Assembly (NCBI GenBank): GCA_963558405.1
Contig: CAUWGC010000027.1
Coordinates: forward strand, 1 to 11,227
Direction: 5' to 3'
DNA from: an uncultured Clostridia bacterium
GTDB taxonomy: Bacteria; Bacillota; Clostridia; TANB77; CAG-508
DNA length: 11,227 nt
Part shown: positions 1 through 6,483 of the stretch, piece after piece
How the letters are laid out: each line of letters begins with the position of its first letter
Position numbering within the stretch: position 1 is the first letter of the stretch
Position numbers and translations under genes: made by a program
The notes under the pieces: model-generated
Database searches by the model: none
Told to the model about the DNA's origin: nothing
Seen by the model: only the letters and a program-made list of their open reading frames with translations

Positions 1-164
1 ATTAGGGGGTATTTTGTTGTCAAAGTTCATTTTTCATTTATTACAGGATGCTTATGGTAATTTTTCCATTTTGTTCTGTTTTATTCATTATATTTTTTTC
101 ATTTTACTATTTTTTTTATTTTTATTCAAGTAATTTCTAATTTTTATTTTTTTCAAAAAATGTA

Positions 165-193
165 TAGACTTTTTATATTTTTTTGTGTATGAT
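165..193 (+). promoter_or_regulatory. Putative sigma-A promoter for the 244..607 gene
   Basis: TAGACT (165-170), 17-nt spacer, TATGAT (188-193); GGAGG SD at 230-234. Confidence 0.5.
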
Positions 194-243
194 TATATCA
201 TATGTGAAGAAAAAAATTACTTTGTTTTGGGAGGCAAAAAATT

Positions 244-607
244 ATGAGAAATATTTCAAAAATATCATTAATTACTGTTCTTTTAATTGTATTTTGTTCT
301 AGTTTTGTATTTGCTGCTGATATTGATATGAACTTACAAGGAAATTCTACTACTGACGCCAATCAAACAACAACAAATGAAACTCGGAAATAATACTGTA
401 ACTCAAAATGCAGTAGGAAATACTAATAATACTGCTCAAAATTCTATTAATAATACTTCTAATAATTCTTCTGCTAATGTTAGTTCTGTAGATTCTGTTC
501 CAGAAACAGCACTTAGTTTAACAAATATTTTAAGTATTTTATTAATTGTAGTTGGTATTTTATTAATATTACTTTCTATTGCTATTTTAATACGTTTAAA
601 ACATTAA
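244..607 (+). CDS. Small secreted/cell-wall-anchored protein (~120 aa) split by a +1 frame change, probably at CGG 385-387
   Basis: GGAGG SD then ATG 244 gives MRNISKISLITVLLIVFCSSFVFA-ADIDMNLQGNSTTDANQTTTNET (signal peptide plus N/T-rich linker), then CGG AAA TAA (stop 391-393). The +1 frame (ORF 377..607) continues the N/T-rich linker GNNTVTQNAVGNTNNT... into VPETA, a hydrophobic helix and an RLKH basic tail, an LPXTG-like sorting signal. ATG 377 has no SD. Confidence 0.7.
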
Positions 608-620
608 TTTTAAAAATTAC

Positions 621-651
621 AAAAGTTGGGAATATTTCCCATCTTTTTTTT
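621..651 (+). terminator. Probable intrinsic terminator
   Basis: TGGGAA-TAT-TTCCCA hairpin followed by a T run, just after stop 607. Confidence 0.6.
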
Positions 652-664
652 GAATTTTTTTCAT

Positions 665-693
665 GTATATTTTTAAAGTTTTTTCTGATACTA
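665..693 (+). promoter_or_regulatory. Possible forespore sigma-G/F-type promoter
   Basis: GTATA-N17-GATACTA resembles the sigma-G consensus GHATA-N17/18-CATACTA; lies upstream of the AGGAGG SD of ORF 743. Confidence 0.35.
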
Positions 694-742
694 ATATTAA
701 AGTTTTTTTAAACTTATCTTTATTAATTTTAGGAGGTTTATT

Positions 743-1210
743 ATGACAAAGAAACTTGCAATTCTTTTAGCTATTATTACTTCTGTTATCTTTGCTACCT
801 CAGTTGTATTTGCTGCAAATGGTATGGAAAGTGCAGCAGAAGGTGTTAGAAACGTTGTTGGTGGAGTAGAAAACGCAGTAGAAAATGGTGCTAAAGGTGC
901 TACTGAAGGAATCAAAAGCGGTATGAATGCTGTAGAAAATACTGCTAAAAATACTGCAGATAGTGTAAAAAACACAATGACTGGAAACATGAATTATGGT
1001 GCAACAACTGCAAATAATAATAACAATAATTATACAACTACAAGAACAAGTACAAATACAACATTTATGGGTATGACTGGTACAATGTGGACATGGTTTG
1101 TAATGGGAATAACAGGTATAGCTATAGTTTCATTAATATGGTATTATGGTTCAGCTAAAGACAACGAAGTTAGCCATGCTACCAATAACAATGATGAAAA
1201 CAGATTTTAA
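743..1210 (+). CDS. Exported membrane-anchored hypothetical protein (155 aa)
   Basis: AGGAGG SD; signal peptide ending VFA; quasi-repetitive amphipathic segment (GVENAVENGAKGATEGIKSGMNAVENTAKNTADSVKN); N/T-rich linker; C-terminal TM helix WTWFVMGITGIAIVSLIWYY. Confidence 0.85.
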   Translation: MTKKLAILLAIITSVIFATSVVFAANGMESAAEGVRNVVGGVENAVENGAKGATEGIKSGMNAVENTAKNTADSVKNTMTGNMNYGATTANNNNNNYTTTRTSTNTTFMGMTGTMWTWFVMGITGIAIVSLIWYYGSAKDNEVSHATNNNDENRF

Positions 1211-1217
1211 AAATTTT

Positions 1218-1256
1218 AAAAAGGAGCTCTATAATTTATTATACAGCTTCTTTTTT
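1218..1256 (+). terminator. Intrinsic terminator
   Basis: AAAAAGGAGCT-C-TATAA...TTATA-C-AGCTTCTTTTTT imperfect hairpin with T tail after stop 1210. Confidence 0.65.
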
Positions 1257-1303
1257 ATTATTTTTTATGATATAATGTATCAAAAATAACAAGGAGAAGT
1301 AAA

Positions 1304-1744
1304 ATGTCTAAGATAATTGCAAAAAATCCAATTGCATCTCATAATTATTTTATTATTGATAAAATTGAAGTTGGAATTGTTCTTTTTGGTACAGAAATTA
1401 AATCTATTAGAGCAGGTAAAGTAAATTTAAAAGATAGTTATGCTAGTATTATAAAAGGTGAATGTTTTGTTCATGGTATGCATATTAGTCCATACGAAAA
1501 TGGAAATATATTTAATAAAAATCCATTAAGAGACCGTAAATTGTTATTAAATAAATCCGAAATAAGACGTCTTGTTGGTCAAATAAAACAAAAAGGGTAC
1601 TCTCTTATACCTATTAGCTTATATTTTAAAGGATCTTTTGTAAAATTAGAATTAGGTATATGTAAAGGTAAAAAATTATATGATAAAAGAGAGGAAATTG
1701 CAAAAAAGGATGCACAAATGTATATAAAAAGACATATGAATTAA
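1304..1744 (+). CDS. smpB: SsrA (tmRNA)-binding protein SmpB
   Basis: Motifs [35 protein letters not shown] and [10 protein letters not shown]; AAGGAG SD; extended -10 TGaTATAAT at 1268-1276. Confidence 0.97.
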   Translation: MSKIIAKNPIASHNYFIIDKIEVGIVLFGTEIKSIRAGKVNLKDSYASIIKGECFVHGMHISPYENGNIFNKNPLRDRKLLLNKSEIRRLVGQIKQKGYSLIPISLYFKGSFVKLELGICKGKKLYDKREEIAKKDAQMYIKRHMN

Positions 1745-1750
1745 TTTACA

Positions 1751-1795
1751 ATAAAAATAAAGAACAAACTTTTTTAATTTGTTCTTTATTTTTAT
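1751..1795. terminator. Bidirectional terminator between convergent smpB and fba
   Basis: Perfect 18-bp inverted repeat ATAAAAATAAAGAACAAA / TTTGTTCTTTATTTTTAT. Confidence 0.8.
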
Positions 1796-1797
1796 AT

Positions 1798-2731
1798 TTA
1801 TGCTTTATTACTTGAACCAAAAACATCTCTTATTTTATGTTTTACTGTTTCTTTTATTTTTTCTCTTGCTGGTGTTAAATATTTTCTTGGATCAAATGCA
1901 GATGGTTCTTCTGCAAATACTCTTCTTATTTCTGATGTCATAGCTAATCTTAAATCTGTATCTACATTTATTTTAGAAACACCTGATAAACTTGCTTCAT
2001 GTAGCATTTCATCTGGTACACCTTTTGCTCCTGGAATATCTCCACCATATTTATTACATGTTTCTACTAACTCTGGTATTACTGTAGAAGCACCATGAAG
2101 AACAATTGGAGTATTTGGTATTCTCTCTTTTATTTCTTTTAAAATATCAAATCTTAGTTTTGCTTCACCTTTAAATTTATATGCACCATGGCTAGTTCCT
2201 ATTGCTATTGCAAGTGAATCACAGCCTGTTCTTTTAACAAATTCTTCTGCTTGCGCTGGTTCTGTATACATAGCATCTTTAGCATCAACATTTACATCAT
2301 CTTCTACACCGGCTAATTTTCCAAGTTCAGCTTCTACTACAACTCCTCTTGGATGTGCATATTCTACAACTTTTTTTGTTAGTTCAATATTTTCTTCAAA
2401 ACTATATTTTGAACCATCTATCATTACAGAGGTAAAACCTCCATCTATACACATTTTACAAGTTTCAAAATCTGCTCCATGGTCCAAGTGTAAAGCCACC
2501 TGTAGATTAGGATGTTCTTCTAAAGCAGCTTCTATCATTTTTCTTAAATATCCAATTCTTGCATATTTAATAGCACCAGAAGATGCTTGTAATATTACAG
2601 GTGAATTTTCCTCTGCAGCAGCATCAACAATTCCTTGTATAATTTCCATGTTATTAACATTAAAAGCTCCGAATAGCAAAATGTTCTTTCATAGATTTTT
2701 CAAACATACTTTTTGTAGTTACTAATGGCAT
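1798..2731 (-). CDS. fba: Class II fructose-1,6-bisphosphate aldolase (~310 aa) with a +1 frame change at CGG 2671-2669
   Basis: HLDHG, SVMIDGS, VEAELG, AIGTSHG, VLHGAS and KINVDTD motifs. The true start is ATG 2731 (AAAGGAG SD), giving MPLVTTKSMFEKSMKEHFAI then CGG AGC TTT TAA. The +1 frame continues GGA GCT TTT AAT GTT = GAFNVNNME, restoring the conserved (Y/F)[11 protein letters not shown] motif. Confidence 0.93.
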
Positions 2732-2770
2732 AATTTATTATCTCCTTTCAATTTAGCTTTTGCTAAAACT

Positions 2771-2799
2771 ATTTTATTTCTAAAATAAGATAATGTCAA
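2771..2799 (-). promoter_or_regulatory. Sigma-A promoter of fba
   Basis: Minus strand TTGACA-N17-TAAAAT. Confidence 0.75.
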
Positions 2800-2842
2800 G
2801 AAAAATTACCAATAATTTGTTAGTAACTAACAACTACATATA

Positions 2843-3004
2843 TTACTTATTTTCATAACTAGAGCACATTGATTCTTCTGGCATTTTTGTTTGATTTCCT
2901 AGTACAGGTGCTACAATTATTTGTTCTAATTTACATTCCTGTCTTTGTTTTTCGTTGTATTTACAACTTGTTACTGTACAATTTATTCTTTGATTTTTTT
3001 CCAT
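2843..3004 (-). CDS. DUF1540-family small Cys-containing protein (53 aa), absent from the ORF track
   Basis: AGGAGG SD; MEKNQRINCTVTSCKYNEKQRQECKLEQIIVAPVLGNQTKMPEESMCSSYENK matches the IxCxVxxCxYN...C...I.V...CxS(F/Y) pattern of DUF1540. Confidence 0.85.
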   Translation of the reverse strand: MEKNQRINCTVTSCKYNEKQRQECKLEQIIVAPVLGNQTKMPEESMCSSYENK

Positions 3005-3081
3005 TTTAAAGCCTCCTAATAATTTTTTATATTATTAGTATTGCTTTTTTTCCTTTTTTATTACCTATAATTTTTTTCCTT

Positions 3082-3411
3082 TTAATTATTATTTTTCCAT
3101 TTTTGTTTTGCACTTATTTTTATAATTTGTTCCATATCATCATCTTTTGCAACTTTATTTTTTCTTATTTTTCCACATTTTTGACATTTAAAAACTATTA
3201 CATAGCCTTTTTTATTATTTGTTTCTATTTCTATTGGTTCTAATAAACCATGGCACTCTTCACTTCTATCACCTGGATAGATATCAACATGTTTTGAATA
3301 CAAACAAAAAGGACAATGATTTCTGCAAGAATATCCTAGTTTAGGAACTTTTTTACCGCAATTTTCACATATAAATTCTTCATCTATTTCTGTAAATTTA
3401 CTTGTTTCCAT
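3082..3411 (-). CDS. RNHCP-domain zinc-binding protein
   Basis: FICENCG...CRNHCPFCLYSKHVD...GDR...C.G...CQKCG signature; AAGGAG SD. Confidence 0.92.
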   Translation of the reverse strand: METSKFTEIDEEFICENCGKKVPKLGYSCRNHCPFCLYSKHVDIYPGDRSEECHGLLEPIEIETNNKKGYVIVFKCQKCGKIRKNKVAKDDDMEQIIKISAKQKWKNNN

Positions 3412-3513
3412 TTTTTCTCCTTATTATATAATTACTATTAATGTTTATCTCATATTTTACAAACTGTAAAACAATTGCATACATATGATAGATACATTTT
3501 TTTCCTGTTAAAT

Positions 3514-3542
3514 TTGATTTTTTTGTCTATTTATGGTAAAAT
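3514..3542 (+). promoter_or_regulatory. Sigma-A promoter of the orphan unit 3589..4046
   Basis: TTGATT-N17-TAAAAT with extended -10 TG (3534-3535). Confidence 0.6.
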
Positions 3543-3588
3543 ATATTTGCGTTTTAGCTGTTTGGACCATAAGAAGGGAATGATCAAT

Positions 3589-4046
3589 TTGTCTAATAAA
3601 AAAATTAGACCTGATATGAAAGAACGTTTCAGTTTTCTGCTTGATGACGCAGAATTTTATATTGCAGATATAAAATCTGAATTTAAAACTCGCAAAACTT
3701 CCTCACATATATGGAGCAAAAATATTCTGATTTTGTTAACAACCTTGAATTCTTACATTATATGGTTTTACCTTACCATAGATATCAATTACGGTTAACA
3801 ATTAAAGAAATCGAGCAGAACTATTCTTTAGGATTTATTGTTATTCTATTTACAGAAAGTCAGTTTAACGTAAGTTGTAGAAGTTTTGAATCTTTACTTT
3901 TTAGAAGTAATTATAATAACTACTCTAAAATTTTATGTAGAGACTTCCCAAAGCTCTTACAATTTTTACAAGAGAAAAATGCAAAATCATTTGGTGAGAT
4001 TTTTGAAAGAATTACTCCAGATAAGTTTTTAGAACTTATCTTATAA
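3589..4046 (+). pseudogene. Orphan gene apparently split by a -1 frame change near 3685-3690 (or two overlapping ORFs)
   Basis: AAGGGA SD then TTG 3589 gives MSNKKIRPDMKERFSFLLDDAEFYIADIKSEFK; the frame of ORF 3711..4046 is open from 3687 (NSQNFLTYMEQKYSDF...). One extra A in the A4 run at 3685-3688 would fuse them. ATG 3711 lacks an SD. No recognisable domain. Confidence 0.45.
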
Positions 4047-4076
4047 CAATCTTTTTAAAGTTAACATGGTCCAAGC

Positions 4077-4106
4077 AAAAGCCTCCAACTGGAGGCTTTG
4101 TTTTTT
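4077..4106. terminator. Bidirectional intrinsic terminator
   Basis: AAAGCCTCC-AACT-GGAGGCTTT stem flanked by A and T runs, between convergent genes. Confidence 0.85.
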
Positions 4107-5746
4107 TATGCTCCAAATATACTTCCACCAATAAATTCTCTTAATAAAGAATTTTTTGGTACATCTTCTGATGGAATAGACTCAAAATATCTAAGTAAAT
4201 CAAGTAATCTAACAGCTTCTGAGTATTCTTTTGATGATGGTGTAATTTGTTTTAATAGCGGAATAACATAGTCTTTTAATACACCTAATTCATATACTAA
4301 TGATGTATTAAACATTGTATCTGCTTGTTCTTGGAATGGAAATATATATTTTACTTCTCCTCTATTTACAGAATACCACATTTCTAGTGTATGCATTGCA
4401 GAATATCCTCTATAATTAAAATCTCTTACCATCCTACGGATTAATCTAGAATCTGTTGTTGAGATACGGTTAAATCCATCAATATTAAGAACAGTTAAAT
4501 CACTTATATATATTTTATATTTTTGTTCTCTTGGAACTTTACTAGTAAGTACATCATTTAAACAATGTATACCTTCTATTACAAGAATTTGATCATTATC
4601 TAAGTGCATTGTTTCTCCCGTATATTCTTTCTTTCCGGTTTCAAAATTAAAAGTAGGAACAAAAACAGTTTCACCATTTAGCAATTTTAATAAATGTTCA
4701 TTAAATAACTCCAAATCTATAGCATCAATTCTTTCAAAATCATAATTACCATTCTCATCTCTTGGAGTATCTTCTCTTTCTACAAAGTAATTATCAACTG
4801 AAATAGTAACTGGTTTTAATCCATTTAATCTAAGTTGTATTCCTAATCTTTTAGCAAATGTAGTTTTACCAGAAGAAGATGGACCAGCTATTAAAACCAT
4901 CTTTATATTCTTTTTAGATGCTATTTTATCTGCTAAATCAGATAATTTTTTTTCGTGTAATGCTTCGTCTATTAATATTGTGTCTTTGATTTTTCCTTTT
5001 CTTACAGTTTCATTTAAACGATGTACTGTATCTATACCTAAAATACGGTGAATGTCATCATATTCTTGTAACGCTGTTAACAACTTCATTCCCTCAATAT
5101 ATGGCTGAAGCTCTCTTGGTTTTCTTCTACTTGGGTAACGGATTAAAAATCCTTTTTGATATTTTTTCATTTCAAACAAATTTAAAATTCCTGTAGATAT
5201 TGGCATTACTCCATAAAAATAGTTATAATATTCTTCACAATAATATAAAGAAACATTATCCTTTTGTTTTGCCTCTAGTTGCAATTTACCATTTTCTGTT
5301 TGTTCTTTTGCATAAAAAGCTTCTGCTTCTTCTTTTGACATTACTACTTTTTTTATTTCTAAATCTTTTTCTACAATATCTTTCATTCTCTTTGTTACAT
5401 TTTTTAACATTTCTTCTGTAATTTCCATGTTATTACAATCGCAATACATAGCATTATGTAACTGATAATTTACAATCAAATTAGTTTCTGGGTAAACTTC
5501 TTTAAAAGCTTTTCCCATAATATATAATAGTCCTCTTATATAAATTCTCATTCCATCATTATCTCTAATATCTAATAACTCTATTTGACTATCTTCGTTT
5601 ATTTCATAATTTAAAGAAACAACATGATTATTAATTTTAGCAGCAATAATAGGTAACTCTGCTTCTTTTATTTCATTTTTTAAAACATCTTTAATTAGTG
5701 AATTTTTTTGTATTTCTATTTCTTTTTCTTTATAAGTTAGTTTCAT
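4106..5746 (-). CDS. Nucleoside (uridine) kinase/phosphoribulokinase-family protein with N-terminal ThrRS-like domains
   Basis: P-loop IAGPSSSGKTT; ISVDNYF, LVIEGIHCLN and RLIRRMVRD motifs; N-terminal TGS/ThrRS-like region; GGAGG SD. Confidence 0.9.
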   Translation of the reverse strand: MKLTYKEKEIEIQKNSLIKDVLKNEIKEAELPIIAAKINNHVVSLNYEINEDSQIELLDIRDNDGMRIYIRGLLYIMGKAFKEVYPETNLIVNYQLHNAMYCDCNNMEITEEMLKNVTKRMKDIVEKDLEIKKVVMSKEEAEAFYAKEQTENGKLQLEAKQKDNVSLYYCEEYYNYFYGVMPISTGILNLFEMKKYQKGFLIRYPSRRKPRELQPYIEGMKLLTALQEYDDIHRILGIDTVHRLNETVRKGKIKDTILIDEALHEKKLSDLADKIASKKNIKMVLIAGPSSSGKTTFAKRLGIQLRLNGLKPVTISVDNYFVEREDTPRDENGNYDFERIDAIDLELFNEHLLKLLNGETVFVPTFNFETGKKEYTGETMHLDNDQILVIEGIHCLNDVLTSKVPREQKYKIYISDLTVLNIDGFNRISTTDSRLIRRMVRDFNYRGYSAMHTLEMWYSVNRGEVKYIFPFQEQADTMFNTSLVYELGVLKDYVIPLLKQITPSSKEYSEAVRLLDLLRYFESIPSEDVPKNSLLREFIGGSIFGA

Positions 5747-5777
5747 AAAATTCCTCCGTTTACATTTTTACTATACT

Positions 5778-5806
5778 ATTTTATATCTTATGCTTAAATT
5801 CGTCAA
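5778..5806 (-). promoter_or_regulatory. Sigma-A promoter of the kinase gene
   Basis: Minus strand TTGACG-N17-TAAAAT. Confidence 0.65.
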
Positions 5807-5886
5807 GCAGAACATTTTATGAATATTTTTCCAATTTAAGTATATATTATGATTAGGACAAGTAATTTTATTATGGAGGTTTATAC

Positions 5887-6072
5887 ATGGATATTTGTAG
5901 AGTAAATGAAATTCTAAAAACAAAAGAAAAATGTGATGTTCTTTATGAGGAAAGACCAATATGGATACAAGATGTACAAGATAATATTGCTCATATAAGT
6001 TTTATAGATACATTTGAAGAAAAAAATGTGTATATTGAAGACTTATATGAAAAGAATTTATATTCAAAATAG
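5887..6072 (+). CDS. sspH: H-type small acid-soluble spore protein
   Basis: GGAGG SD; MDxxRVxEIL...VLYEERPIWIQDV...V.IEDLYE matches the SspH pattern. Confidence 0.8.
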   Translation: MDICRVNEILKTKEKCDVLYEERPIWIQDVQDNIAHISFIDTFEEKNVYIEDLYEKNLYSK

Positions 6073-6106
6073 TATAAATTCTTAATTTTATATACAAATA
6101 GCAAAT

Positions 6107-6137
6107 AAAAAGCAGAGGGAAACTCCCCCTGCTTTTT
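6107..6137. terminator. Bidirectional intrinsic terminator
   Basis: AAAAAGCAG-AGGGA-AAC-TCCCC-CTGCTTTTT hairpin between convergent sspH and ORF 6139..6402. Confidence 0.85.
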
Positions 6138-6138
6138 G

Positions 6139-6402
6139 TTAAAGGCTTCTTCTTGGTTCAAGCTTATCGATAATTGGGCAGAACAAAGACGCGTACATCT
6201 TAGTTTTTTGGCATTTTGAACATACTCTCTTACTTTTAATTTTGCATGTAGGACAAATGCGCGCTTTTGCTTCTTCATAAGCTGCTTTGTACCTTGCTCT
6301 GTCCATTTCCGCATTTTTTCTTCTTCTTTCTCTCTCCTCTTTAGATACCGTCCTGAAGTTTGTTCTTGGATTATGCATCCGTTTTCTTTTGCTTCTATAC
6401 AT
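6139..6402 (-). CDS. Orphan basic protein (87 aa) with CPTC/CSKC Cys pairs, possible zinc ribbon
   Basis: AAGGAGG SD 7 nt before the ATG, own consensus promoter and terminator; K/R-rich N-terminus and CxxC...CxxC. Confidence 0.65.
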   Translation of the reverse strand: MYRSKRKRMHNPRTNFRTVSKEERERRRKNAEMDRARYKAAYEEAKARICPTCKIKSKRVCSKCQKTKMYASLFCPIIDKLEPRRSL

Positions 6403-6448
6403 AAAGAAGCCTCCTTTATATTTACTTTAGCATTACGCTAATACATTA

Positions 6449-6476
6449 ATTATACCACATTCTGATATTATGTCAA
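6449..6476 (-). promoter_or_regulatory. Consensus sigma-A promoter of ORF 6139..6402
   Basis: Minus strand TTGACA-N16-TATAAT with extended -10 TG; short hairpin TTAGC-GTAAT-GCTAA (6427-6441) at the predicted transcript 5' end. Confidence 0.75.
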
Positions 6477-6483
6477 ATTATTC

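Noticed and set aside
1-160. Coding or RNA gene at the window start
   Set aside because: Only very short ORFs; a minus-strand TTGACA at 18-23 may be a -35 box whose -10 lies outside the window, so it cannot be confirmed.
377-607. Independent 76-aa gene starting at ATG 377
   Set aside because: No SD and no signal peptide for its anchor; better explained as the 3' half of the gene starting at 244.
697-990. 97-aa minus-strand ORF
   Set aside because: Antisense shadow of the well-supported 743..1210 gene; no SD.
1011-1060. AAT/ACA triplet runs as a repeat array or CRISPR
   Set aside because: Simple Asn/Thr-coding low complexity; no repeat-spacer structure seen anywhere in the window.
2478-2488. 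11-mer CATGGTCCAAG shared between fba and 4065-4075 (possible antisense targeting)
   Set aside because: It falls in the constrained HLDHG codons and does not extend; probably chance, and a caution for short-repeat claims.
3475-3588. 5' extension of ORF 3475..3798
   Set aside because: Overlaps the predicted promoter and 5' UTR; the SD points to a start near 3589.
5200-5421. 73-aa plus-strand ORF, and likewise 7784..8005, 8426..8686, 8868..9077 and 10025..10222
   Set aside because: Antisense shadows inside conserved genes.
5771-6314. Minus-strand ORFs 5771..5959 and 5991..6314
   Set aside because: They overlap sspH antisense, the second crosses a terminator, and neither has a convincing start signal.
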